Shown in pieces: positions 26,719 through 38,954 of a stretch of 64,000 bases of DNA. This stretch comes from Octopus vulgaris. Lineage: Eukaryota. Numbering within the stretch: position 1 is the first letter of the stretch; each line of letters starts with the position of its first letter. The stretch is taken from contig OX597823.1 of NCBI GenBank assembly GCA_951406725.2, forward strand, positions 25,110,001 to 25,174,000, written 5' to 3'. The notes under the pieces are model-generated. The model had not been told where the DNA came from. It searched no databases and saw nothing but the letters and a program-made list of their open reading frames with translations. The translations under genes were made by a program, and so were the position numbers.

Positions 26719-29700
26719 ATATATATATATATATATTCATTCATTCATTTATTTATTCAAAGTTCAGGCTTCCTTCTGTAGATATGAAAAAGCTCTACTG
26801 TTACCTTCTGTTTGTACAATCACACACACACACACACACACACAAGTATATATATTCTTGTGTTACTTGCCCTTAGTATACATGCATGTAGTTGAGATTC
26901 TGCAGGAGTTCATCCTATTTACCCAGTAGGTTAAAATATAAACCATTCTATTTACTCACATGATAAGCACTCAGAGAAATTTGTTGTTGTTTTTTTTTAT
27001 CATTGCTTCCACCTTGCCATTGGGGTTAGAGGGTGTGTGGGGGTAGGGCAGGGGTTCATTAACTTGTGTAGTTGTTACTGTAAAGACACACAAACAGTTA
27101 GTGCAGCACAGCAGTTTTGATTTTATTCAATAACCATCAGGGTTTTGACTTCAGCCTTCCAACCTTCAAGTTATGAAAGCAAGGGCTATGCTGATCCAGG
27201 GATTTGGTGGCAAAGTGCATCTCTTGCCTACGGGTAGAATTCAGTAGAAAATAGAAGCGGGGAAGGGAAAGCCTTTGTGTGGTTTCATGTTGTGTGGTGT
27301 TGTGTCTTTCGCTTGTTGTGGCTGATTCAATTTACTAATATGAAAAGAAAAAAATAAAAATAAAAATGAATGACTTGGTGGAAAAACAGATACCAAGTTA
27401 CCATTTTTCACTGGAGCAAAACAATAGACAGGATACTGTGGTTGTTGTGTTGATACCACTGCAATATACATCCTTCTATAGACCACAACATGGTGTATCT
27501 TTAATGGATTGCACCCATAACTGCAACAAGTTATGACCATTGGTCTAACAAGGAAATTAAATTTGAAGTTTGTTATACTTCAGATATGTTAATGTGTCAT
27601 TTATTTGGTCAGCTTCATACCAGGGCAAGATTTAAATTTAAATGAACTTCAAAAAATGTTTTTACGAGTAAATTTAATAAAAAAATTCATCTCATTTAAT
27701 TCCATGTTTGTGTATGGATTGTAAATATTTATATACCCCCATCCTCTCTCTCTCTCTGTAATGTATTTGTACAGCTATATGTGAAGGCAGTGAATGAAAG
27801 TGTTTGTAAATGTATTTTTGAGTGTGCGTTACTATAAATGCACATGTGTGTCTGTGCTGGAGTGAAATATCAAATACTGCATGGTTAAATTTATTGGTCA
27901 TGTTTGAAAACAACAAAAAGAAGTGGGGGAGGGGGATTATACATGTACACACACAGGATTATTAATTACTACTCAAATATTTACCAATTTTCATGTTTTT
28001 TTTTCACTTATGATTGTTGAATATTCCTCATTCTCATCTCCTCACCCTTTCCATACCCATCCCAATATTTAATTCTGAAAAATCATAAGTGCATGTATGC
28101 ACATACACACAATAATTAATGGCTTCTGATTTAGGCACAGGGCCAACAGTTTTGAGGGACGGGATTAGTTGATTACATTGACCCTAGTGCATGATTGGTT
28201 GATTTCAGTTAATAATAATAATGGTATTAGTAACAGATCTGTTTTAACATGAAATTTAAAAACTGATTGAATAATTGATATTTTTGTCAGGTTGTAGTTT
28301 TATTTTTTAAAATTTGTTTTTATTAACAATATAGTGTGTGTGTAAGAGAGATTGAGTGATTAAAAATTTTTAAAGACTAATTTTAATAACAACAGACATT
28401 CAATGCAAGTTTCCAATTACAAAAATGTTTCTCTTTAATGTATGATTACATAAATATTTCAAGGAATTACTGAACTTAATAGTAGTCTATGAGTGGTGAT
28501 GGTGGCCTGTGCACCTTACCAACTGTAACTGTTCTAAGAGTCTATGATTAGTGTACCATATTCTATGTTGTATGAGGTGGAGTATTGATGTGATGTAAGC
28601 TATTTTAGTTTATTGTGTGGTATACTGAAGTATATTAAACAATAAACATCAACGAACATAGTGTACCATGTTCATTGATGTATGCTGAAGTTTGTTGAGT
28701 ACCATGTGTAATGATATACCCCTAAATTTGTTGATACATCATGTTTTGTACCCTTAATGACTGTTGATGTACTCTGATGTTTGTCTATATGCTTGTGTTT
28801 CATGTACAAAAATGAACCATGGGGTGTGCAGTATGCATTATTACGTTCTATGTTTTACCCTAAAACTATATTAAGGAGGTAATAGTAGGGTCCTTAAAGT
28901 ACAGTTTCAAAATATCAGAGTATGTGATACACTGGAAGCTAGGCATCTTATGTTTGTACCCTGAGGTGTGTTGGGATGTTCTGTATCAGTTAAGTATTAT
29001 TAGGTATATTGCTTGATATGTTGGTTCAAATTATGGTGAAGTACCTTCAGGTATATAATTGTGGTGTGTAACATGAATATGAGGTTATAATGAATGTCCC
29101 TGTGATATGTTGGCTGTACATCCACCAAAATGTTGGCATGCCATCTTAGATCACCAAAATACTCACACTTTATACTTACATTTTTTATATATATTTAAAT
29201 GATGTCAGTCGTCTGTATCAAATATTTCATTTGTGTTCCGGTATTATCCTAGATCCACATAAATTCATTAGATCAAAGATTTTCTTTTACTAGTTCTGTT
29301 TTCTTAATTTTTTTTTTTTCACTTTCTTTAAAATAAATGTCTTTGGTTTTGTTGTTAAGATTGTAATAGTTGTTAGTGTTATGAAAAAACTGATTCATTT
29401 TCTTCATTTTCATGGCTTTTTATTATTTATTTGTTCGCTTCAGGAAAATTGTACGGGTATTAAAGAAGTGAAATAATTGTAGCATGTTAGAATTCACATC
29501 AGTGAAAGGCTATTTTCTATACACTCATGCATGTACACATATACATGCATGTGTCTGTAGTATTTATTCAAAATGAATTGCTACATACATATATAACATG
29601 TATAATTTGTAAATATATATGTATACAATCATATATATATACATACATACATACACACTCAGACATTTTGTGTCTGTAGATATGTGTATTATTTACCAGA

Positions 29701-29787
29701 ATATTTTGAATGCTTGCATGTTCCCTTATTTTGTATTGCTCTTTTATTGATTGTTGTCGTTGTTAACTATGTCGCTTACAGTAAATA

Positions 29788-29845
<58 letters not shown>

Positions 29846-30505
29846 TACACACATAGATGTACATATATATAATTCATATAAAATTAACTGTTTTCGTTTA
29901 AGAAAAAAATCTTAAAATTAGAAGTTGTCTATTTGAGCCCTTACACATTCCATATGACTCCCCACAAAATGTAAAGGAACTTTTGTGGGAACTTGGTATG
30001 TGACTTACTTTTTGAGTTAAGATTTTCTGCTGCCTTTCTCAATACTTGCCTTAATTAAGGCATACACTGTGTGTGTATGTATACTTCTCAACCAAATTAA
30101 GGGTTCTGTCCCATATCATACTATTTATATATAATTGCATGATATATAACCAGTATTTAGAACACCATGTACATTCTTATGTATAGCAAAAGAGGGAACT
30201 GCACAGAGGATTTGTGCATTATTGTCCAAGTTTCATTACAAGTTCTCCATAGTCAGAAAGATCACAAATTACATTCAGGAAAATACAAAGCTGGTGAATC
30301 AGTTTATGTCCATTATATTAAATGCTTTAGTGAAGACCTAGAAAACTTACCTGACCTGGATTGCATAATTCAGCTGTTAACATCACATTATTTATGAACC
30401 AACTCTCCAGTTTTGTTTTCAGTATATACACGTGTGCATGTGCAGATATACGTATGTTTTATGTAGTAAAATTGATAAAAAGAATACAGTAAACTTGCTG
30501 TGAGG

Positions 30506-30545
30506 AATAAAAAATCCATTGTTTTGGACTGTGTCGTTCTTCACA
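30506..30545 (+). terminator. Candidate CACHD1 polyadenylation signal
   Basis: AATAAA at 30506-30511 followed by a GU/U-rich tract (ttgttttggactgtgtcgttctt), just before the SINE-dense zone. Confidence 0.3.
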
Positions 30546-30714
30546 CAGAAAAGTTAAAAGAAATTGAGACACAGCAGAGTTTTACTATCACCAAGTTAAA
30601 AAAAAAAAAAGAGGCTTGTTAACAAAGCTTTTCTGCAGTTGCTGTAGTATTATAAATACAATGTAGAGTTTGCTAGATTATAGAGTGAGGTTCCAATAGT
30701 AGTTTGCTGCATTG

Positions 30715-31955
30715 TTCACTGGCTGAATTATTAGAATGTTAGACAAAATATCTTGCAGTATTTACAGCCCATTACATTCTATGTTCCATCTTTATAGGGT
30801 TAATAAAATAAAGTTCTGAATTCAATTGCTACTGACTTCCAAATTTGTGACTGTGTGTCTATGTTAGAAATTGTGAAGGTGAACACCAATAGATGACAAT
30901 TTATAAAACACTGAATTTCGTGTCTCAGGGTATTTAGTTCTGTCCTTTTTTTTTTTATCACTAAAATTTTCACGGAGTTCACTCTGCTTTTCATTCCTTC
31001 AGCATTGACGAAATAAGTGCAGTATTGGGGTTGATTAAATTGACTTTGCTCTTTCCCAAAATTTGAGGCCCTGTGCTGTTGTAATTATGAAGGTGACAGA
31101 AATAGATCATTGGGCAAGATGCTTGTAAGTATTTAGTTATAGCTTTTTACTCCAGAGTTTAAATTGTTTTGAGACTGACCCTTCATCATCTCAGAGCCAA
31201 GAAAATAAGTGTTTTCAATCAAATCAATTATGCCTTTTTTCTAAAAATGTGCAAATCTACTTTAGAAAATCATTAGTGCAGCAGGTTAGCAGAATTATTA
31301 GAGCATTGGCTAAAAATGCCTTTCAGTATTTGTTCCAGCTCTTTGTGTTCTGAGTTCAAATCCATCTGAAGTTGACTAGGTGGGATGGGGGGTCGATGTA
31401 ATCAACTAATTTCTCCCCTCTCAAGTTTACGGCCTTCTGCCTATTATTAATAGGGTGATGTAACATATGAAACTGAAAATGATAAAACCGAGAGCAGTTG
31501 CTTGGCAAAAGTAGCAGAGCAATAAACCTAAATATCTTTAGTTTACTCTTCTGTTCTCCTGCCTAGGTCAACTTTGCCTTATGGGCCAATAAAAGAATCA
31601 CTGTTATTTTGTAAGTTTGGCACACACACATATAGAGCATTGTACTTAAATGTCTTACAATTTGTTGTCTTGTTCCTCATGTCTTCTATATTCAAATCCT
31701 GCCTGGGTCAACCTTGCCATTTATCTCATTTGGGATGGGACTAATAAAATAAGTATGAAAATGAAGCTGGTAAGTTACAGAATTATTATTGTATTAACTT
31801 CTGTTTTACTTTCTCAGTTCAAATTCTACTGGGGTCAACTTTGCCACACCATCTGTTTGTGATTTGATTAAATAAGTACAGGTAATCTACTGGGGACTGA
31901 TCAAATCGGCTATATACTTCTGTCATTACAAAATTTGGCTCTGTGCCTAGTTAAA
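30715..31955 (+). mobile_element. Cluster of tandem degraded tRNA-derived SINE copies
   Basis: Repeated ...ttctgagttcaaat...gtcaactttgcc...aataagtac...tggggtcgat...ggccttgtgcc modules, all + oriented. Confidence 0.7.
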
Positions 31956-33040
31956 TATATAACAATATTTATAAACCATTGATTTTTTTTCTTTCTTTCC
32001 AACTCCTTCCCACTCTTCTCCATTTTCATTGTTTTGTCATCTTACCATTTCTTTACCTCAAGGTCATTCAACTGTTCAACCAACACTGGTTGAGCATCTG
32101 TTGTAATATTTTATACTTTCTGTTTCCACCATATTAATCCTACTGCTGCTACTCATGATGATGCTTTTTTTTTTATTTTGCAGCTAAAATTTATAATAAA
32201 ATTGATTATTGAAAAAATATTGTTTTCCAGTGTTTTCTTTTTCTCACATGCAGTCTGTAACTAAATTTTTTCTTTCTTACTTAACCCAGTGATTTAAATT
32301 AACTGCTGATTGTCAAGTGACAGAATGTCTTACAGTATTCAGAATACAAATAAATGTAACTATGATCAAATCCTGCTGGAATTGATAATATTTGCCCCAG
32401 ACATTTGATTGTATCTCTTAATATATCTATAACTTTTTGTCAAGTTTGAAAGCAACTTAATCCTTCCTCAACTAAAAATAATCAAACAATAATGAAGAGA
32501 TTTATCTATACAAATTCAATGACAAATAGTCAGTAATGTCATCACTGTTATAGGAGAGTCAAAACATAGTTAAATTAACCAATCAGAAGTCTGATGTAAA
32601 AATCATTTTATCAAATGAGACTTGTCTGATTTAAGTTGTAGATCCTAGTATGTTGTCATACTGACTTAAATAATTCTCAGTTCCAGTCAACTTAATAAAC
32701 ACCCAAGACCACCCTGGCAACTTAATAAACACTCAAGACCACCCTGGATTTATGATGCAAACTTCCTGTCTTAAAGTGATCTAAATTATAACTTCCATCA
32801 AAATTCCATGTTAACCTACATTCCAAACATCAGTTTCATAATAAAGTTTTATTACTACATACTTCATTATTTTCAGAATTGAAACAAAGGCAGTGTATTT
32901 CAAAATAGATTTGGTAACAAAAGGGTTAATGGGATAAAAAATAGTTTATTAAGATCTTCAAAATGAGGGAATCATTTCATGTATTCAATGATAGTCAGAG
33001 AATGGCATTCAGTTAAATGACTGCATTGAGAAATCCTGAT

Positions 33041-33180
33041 TCAAAGAATGGAACACTTTAGGTCAACAGAATGTTTCTTCTCCTTTTTACTTGTTCGAAG
33101 TCTTTTTTCCATGGAACGTAAGGAAATATCTTTTCTGTTGAATGCATTTCTTTTAGTTGAATACCAGCATTTTGGTAAAG
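33041..33180 (-). CDS. RAB23: Rab23 terminal coding exon (7)
   Basis: ttttttag|CT TTA...; (T)LPKCWYSTKRNAFNRKDISLRSMEKRLRTSKKEKKHSVDLKCSIL*; basic tail plus single-Cys CAAX, as in Rab23. Confidence 0.88.
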
Positions 33181-35168
33181 CTAAAAAAGGCCAACAAAAT
33201 AAAGTATTTATTGTCTATTGTTAAAGAATAATGTTTATTTGGTGTATTGGATTAGAAGAGATGGTAAAGCATTGAACAAAATGCCTTTCAGCCTTTAGTT
33301 ACATTCTGAGATCAAATCCCACTTGGGTCAACTTTGTCTTTCCATCCAGGGTTGATAAAGTAACATTTAAAGACTGAATTAATTTAATGAACTTCCTTGC
33401 CCCTAAGTTGCTAGCCTTATGCCTAAATTAGAAATTGTTATCTGAGAGCAAAGTATTAAGCTCATAGCCTTAAGAGATCTTCCTAGACTAGTGGAGCCAA
33501 TGTAATTACTGCTGTGTGTGTTATTTATTTGTAAAGTGTGGACAAGTGGCTAGAGTTGGCTGGTTTGGATGTTAAAAGCTTAGAGAACAAGTGGATGTTC
33601 TAATTACTCAAGTGAAGTAAATTACTCCACAGTTATGAGAAATGCAGTAATGTAAGTCTTGAAGCATTCTTGGATGTATAAAGGTTTTAGATTTGAATTT
33701 AAACATGGTGTTTTCTGACATACAGTCTCCCAAAAACCTTGAGCATTTAGATAGATATAATGAGAATGTACAGTTAACTTATGTAAGCTACAACTGGTAT
33801 GTGCAACTAAATCATCCCTTGATAAAATCTGTTACAGATTAGTTAGTGAGGAACCTTGTGACCAATGTAGACACCATAACTCCTGCAATAAGTTCTATAT
33901 CATTTTAAAATGAAGCAGACCTGATGGGCTAAATATTCTCAGTACTATTACATGTAAAGGCCTGGTAAACAACCCAGCAAGAGAGATATTTCAACCTTTA
34001 ATACCAGAAAAATTTGGATAAGCATATCATTCTATAATATTTCTTTTATCTGGTGCATGAGAGATACTGTGCAGTTACTTGACCAGCAAAAAATAACCAA
34101 ATTTCCCAAATCACATCCCTTTAACATTCAGATTACATTATCAAATGTAATACTTATTTATTCCATTGTTTTTGAATTAATCATGCATTATTTTGTTTCC
34201 AGATTTCAATGATGTGGCTGTTTATTTTTAGAATGACATTATAGAGTAGGTGTGTCAGGCCAGACCCAGCCAGTTTGAACATAAAACAGGAAGTGGTCAG
34301 TTTAAATGCTAAAGGGTTAAAGGAAAAAACATTAGATAATACAGTGATACAGTATAACTAGTGCTATGTCATGTATTGCTCACCTCCATATAGGAACAAC
34401 CAACAAACAGGACCTCAAAACTGCTACAAATACTATACCATCATAAAGGATCTGTACTGGCCACCTTATGTCCAAAACATAGCTTAAAATAAAAACAACT
34501 TTTACTGTGTCACAAAGACTAGCCATCATCTTCACAAAAGAAATTACTTCACTTCCTAACAAATAACTCTTAATAAAGCTAAGTAAACTACAACAAAAAG
34601 AGGTCCCTCAACCAATTAGCATGAATAGCTTCCACAGTAATGCTATCTTTTCTCTGACTTTTCTGCAAGTGTGACCTCTGCTCCTTAGAGATAGATGGTC
34701 TCAGAACACTCCTACTCAGGATCTCCTGTCCTCCTCTCATCATCCATCTGGTGCTTATTGCATGGTCTGAGGACCATACAATAAGCACTACACCTAATCC
34801 TTTTTTCCCAGAACCTCATTGCACTAAACTCCCTATCTGCCATAATTTTCCTGCAGCTGTTTAAAAAATATTAACCTTGTTGATTTCACTGGTCTTGGAG
34901 GGTTTGTGAGGGTCATGGAGTATAGCCTCATCTTCCAGTAAGATGAGACAGTCACAGCTGTAATGTCTTTAATCATAAATTTGCTTATCTGGGTTGACCT
35001 AAGGCTAAATAATCTTTTTGTACTTTTAGATATTCAGGGAAGGCAGGATAAAGCCCAGGATCCTTGCAAGCTTTCCAACATTGGTAAGATTAGCAAGAGA
35101 TAAAATGAGACAATGTAAGAATTCTTACCAAAAAAAAGAAAAAAGAAAAAAAAGAAATGAAACCTTAC

Positions 35169-35255
35169 TGGAACCAATTATTTTCTGGAAGGGAACATCT
35201 CCAGTTAGATGGAAATTCATTTCAGTGATATATTTCTCAGCTAAATACCTAAAAA
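35169..35255 (-). CDS. RAB23: Rab23 coding exon 6
   Basis: cctttag|TT TTT AGG...TCCA|gtaagg; (V)FRYLAEKYITEMNFHLTGDVPFQKIIGS; phase 1/1. Confidence 0.88.
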
Positions 35256-36958
35256 CTAAAGGAAAAAAAATAAACTCAATGTATCAAATAAATGCTTATT
35301 AGATTTGTTGTGAGAAGAAATATGGTCAATTTTTGGAAGGACCAATTTCTTCATTGGATATTGAAGAGAATAGAACTGAAAGAGTACACAAATGGAAGAA
35401 TATGGGGTGGTTATTATTATTATTAGAGCCACTGCATAGGTTTTTGGATTAACTGGTGTTACATTTCTTACAATAATGTCTTAATTGAAAGCTTTTTTTT
35501 AAAGTTACAAAGCACACAAGGCCTAAAATTGGGATGGGACAGAGGATGCATATCAGTTTCTAGACTTAATAACTTCCAGTTCCTGATTGGCACAACTTAG
35601 TTTTGAAAAAAAAAAAAAAATAACTATAGGTAGATATTAATATGGTGATCCATGTATTTAGAACATTGCTTTCACTTTTGTCATTCTACATTTAATACCA
35701 TTTTATTTTATTTAGCTGGTGAAGAACTTTCAGAACTTTTTGTACAGTATGAATTATTTTATGTTATAGGTTTTTGCTGCTGTTACATATAGACATACAT
35801 GTATGTATGTGTGTGTATGTGCACAGGTGCAGATATAACTGTGTTAAGTAGTTCATTTCCCAAGCAAGGGTTTCAGGTTCAGTCCCACAGGGCAGCAGCT
35901 TGAGCAACTGTCCTGGCCTATCAAAGCTTTGTGAATGAATCTGGTACATGGAAACTGAAAGAAGCTATATGTGTGTGTGTGTGTGTGTGTATTCCTCAAG
36001 AAAAATGAAGCTAGTATGCTCCAATGGATGTGCAACATCAGTATGCATGTACAACATAGTGCAAATGTTTTTGAGAGAAAAGTTGGGCATAAGAAGAATC
36101 AGATGTAGCTTCAAGAGAGAAGACTGTTGGTTTGGATTAGTTCTGGGAGTGCTGTGTCACATTAACTTACACAGCTTATCTCAAAGAACCAAACTGCATC
36201 TATTTTTCTCCTCTTCTTCATGCACTATGCTAACCTCTCCATCCCCACTCCTGTCCTCTTCACAGCCAACTGTATCATTGCTGTCTTGTTGTCCCCCACT
36301 ACCTCATATATCTGTTTCATCTCTCACAGTATATCCCCCTTTCCTTTCTCCCCTTTTTTGCACCTTGTGAACTCTCTACTCACACACTCTGGGCAATCTT
36401 CTACCATTCCATTTATATTCACATCCTTTGACCTACAGAATATGCACCAGTACATTGCTAACATCTCCCATTCTCACTCACTTCCTCCAACTGTGGTAAC
36501 CATGCGTCTCCTCTACAGCAAGACACCTGTTACTGTCCCTCTGCCATACTCTAATCTCTCATCAACTGGCACAAAGCCACCCCCTCTCACTTGGTGATCT
36601 TGCTGGTGTTGGCACTATGTAAAAAGCACCCTGTCTGCTCTGCAAAATCGTTGGTGTTAGGAAGGGATTCCAGCCATAGAAACCGTATCAAAGCATACAG
36701 TGGAACTTGGCAGTCTTCTGGCTTACCAGCTCCAATCACACCGACCAACCAATTCCAACATGGAAGACAGATGTTAAACGATGATGATGAGATATATTCA
36801 CACACATCATACATATATCTGTATGCGCATGTGGGTGTACATTTTATTTTATTTTATTTTGCCCCACTAGTGTGTTTGATCAAAATTAACTTTTGCTTTT
36901 GTGAAAGAGATATCTATAGAATTTAGTTTTTAGTCAAAATAAACCATTTTACACTTAC

Positions 36959-37041
36959 CTTCATTAACATTTAAATTATCTTTCACCGAAATTCTATAGA
37001 ATCTCAGCTGTAACTTCTGTGACAAAGCTTCAGCTTCTTGT
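36959..37041 (-). CDS. RAB23: Rab23 coding exon 5
   Basis: ctctcaag|A CAA...GAAG|gtaagt; QEAEALSQKLQLRFYRISVKDNLNVNE (G5 SVK motif). Confidence 0.93.
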
Positions 37042-38514
37042 CTTGAGAGAATCAAATGATAAAATAATAATAATAACATCAGTTTCTAAGCTTATTTACA
37101 ATTTTTTCTAGAAATAAATTCAATAATCAATTTTTAAGTATGGTGATACATAGAAATCTTATGAAATTTCTAAATAAGATAATTAAAGAGGTACAAGTGG
37201 AGTACTCTTATTGTACAATTTAACTTCTCCACCTACAACCTAGTCATATATTGTATGTTGATATATTTTTGCCCATACATTGTGTATATACTTATTTCAA
37301 ATTTTGGCACAAAGCCAGCAATTTTGGGGGAGTGGGTAAGTCAATTACATCGACCCCAGTGCTCAACTGGTGCTTATTTTATCAATCCCAAATGTATGAA
37401 AGACAAAGTCAACTATAGTATAATTTGAACTCAACAAAAGCAGACGAAATGCTGATAAGCATTTTGCCCAGTATGCTAACAACTCTGCCAGCTTTCCACC
37501 TTACATTGTGTATATATTAAAATTATAGTGATTACATTGTCATCACTGGAATATTACTGTTATTTGCTTTTGCAGCAAGTAATTGAAAGGCAAGCAAAAT
37601 TTTAAGTATGGAAACTAAACATGAATAACAGTTACAAATAAAACACATTGTACTTGAATTATGCCAATTTTCATTCAAGAAATTATTCACCAATTGTGTA
37701 CTTCATTTCCTGAGAAATACAAAGTGTTCTGTTTATCACTTAAACATTATGGGGGCAATGTGTGACATAATCAGTAGAGTTTTATGATTTTTACTTATGT
37801 TCCTTTGCTGAGTGCCTGCAAAAGTCACCAATAAAGCAAGTACCAATCAAGTACTAAGGTCGATCTAATCAACTACATCCTCCCTCAAAATTTGCCTGTG
37901 ACTTGTGCTCATATTACATATAAATTTTAGAAGCAACATCTAGAAATCTCTAGTATGAAAGTGATACTAGATAACATTGCCAGTTCACTTAGCAGGCATA
38001 GAGGTGCTGGCTGTCATGCCTCTCCAAGATGCATAGGTGATGAAATTATTCTTCATAAATTCATTTCATGTCTGAATATCACTGATATGTAGCAGTGTAT
38101 GTCAGATGGCTGTTACTTGATGTAAAAACTAACCAACCACATTTGTTTAGTAAAGGGAACAGACAGTAGTTTTTCTCCGTCTGGTGGGTCTGAGATAAGT
38201 TGTTGTACAATGGGCACATTCAAAAGATTATCTTTCTGACTATGCCCTCATACACTTCGCTTGAAGCAGAAGATAAGGATGAAGAACGAGGTTCTGTCCT
38301 GAGTAAATTTCATGAAAAGTGAATGCAAGTCATGAAAAAAACAGTATTTGAATTTTGTCTGGAGTATGTATCAGTATAGGGCAAGTGCCCAGAGATGGCA
38401 TTCAGAGTTTTGTGGTACCTGAACATGTTTGTAATCCTGGTGTATTTTCTTATGGTGCCCCTTTAACAAAAAAAAAGCCCAATTACTATTGTCATTATTA
38501 TTATTATCTTTAAA

Positions 38515-38945
38515 ACAGTGAGCTGGCAGAATTGTTAGCATGTTAGACAAAATGTTTACTATTTCTTCCAACTCTTTACATTCTGAATTCAAATTCTGCT
38601 GAGAGTAAACGTTGCCTTTTATCATTTCTGGAGTGATAAAACAAGTACTAGTTGAGTACTGGGGTCAATGTAATCAACCCCCTCTTGCCTGAAACTGCTA
38701 TTAATATTATTAGTAGTAGTAGTAAGGCAGCAAGCTGGTAGAATTGGTAGCATACCAGGCAAAATGCTTAGTGGGTGTTTTGTCTGTCTTTACATTCTGA
38801 GTTCAATGTCTGCTGTGGCTAACTTTGCCTTTCACTATTTTGGGATCAATAAAATAAGTACTAGTTGATTACTGGGATCAATGCAATTCCTTTACCTCCT
38901 CCCCCAAAATTACTGGCTTTGTGCTACAATTTGAAACTATTATTA
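38515..38945 (+). mobile_element. Two tandem tRNA-derived SINE copies
   Basis: gagctggcagaattgttagca...aaatgcttag...ttctgagttcaa...actggggtcaat...; same family at 37300-37500 (-), 41528-42005, 52010-52240 (-) and 52500-52720. Confidence 0.75.
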
Positions 38946-38954
38946 TTATTGTGA

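Noticed and set aside
32688-32747. 30-bp direct tandem duplication (1 mismatch)
   Set aside because: Only two units with no spacer, inside a repeat in the Rab23 3' region; a simple slippage duplication, not CRISPR-like.
35169-35175. Alternative Rab23 exon 6 donor (G|gttcca), 6 nt upstream and in frame
   Set aside because: Much weaker than A|gtaagg; cannot be supported without reads.
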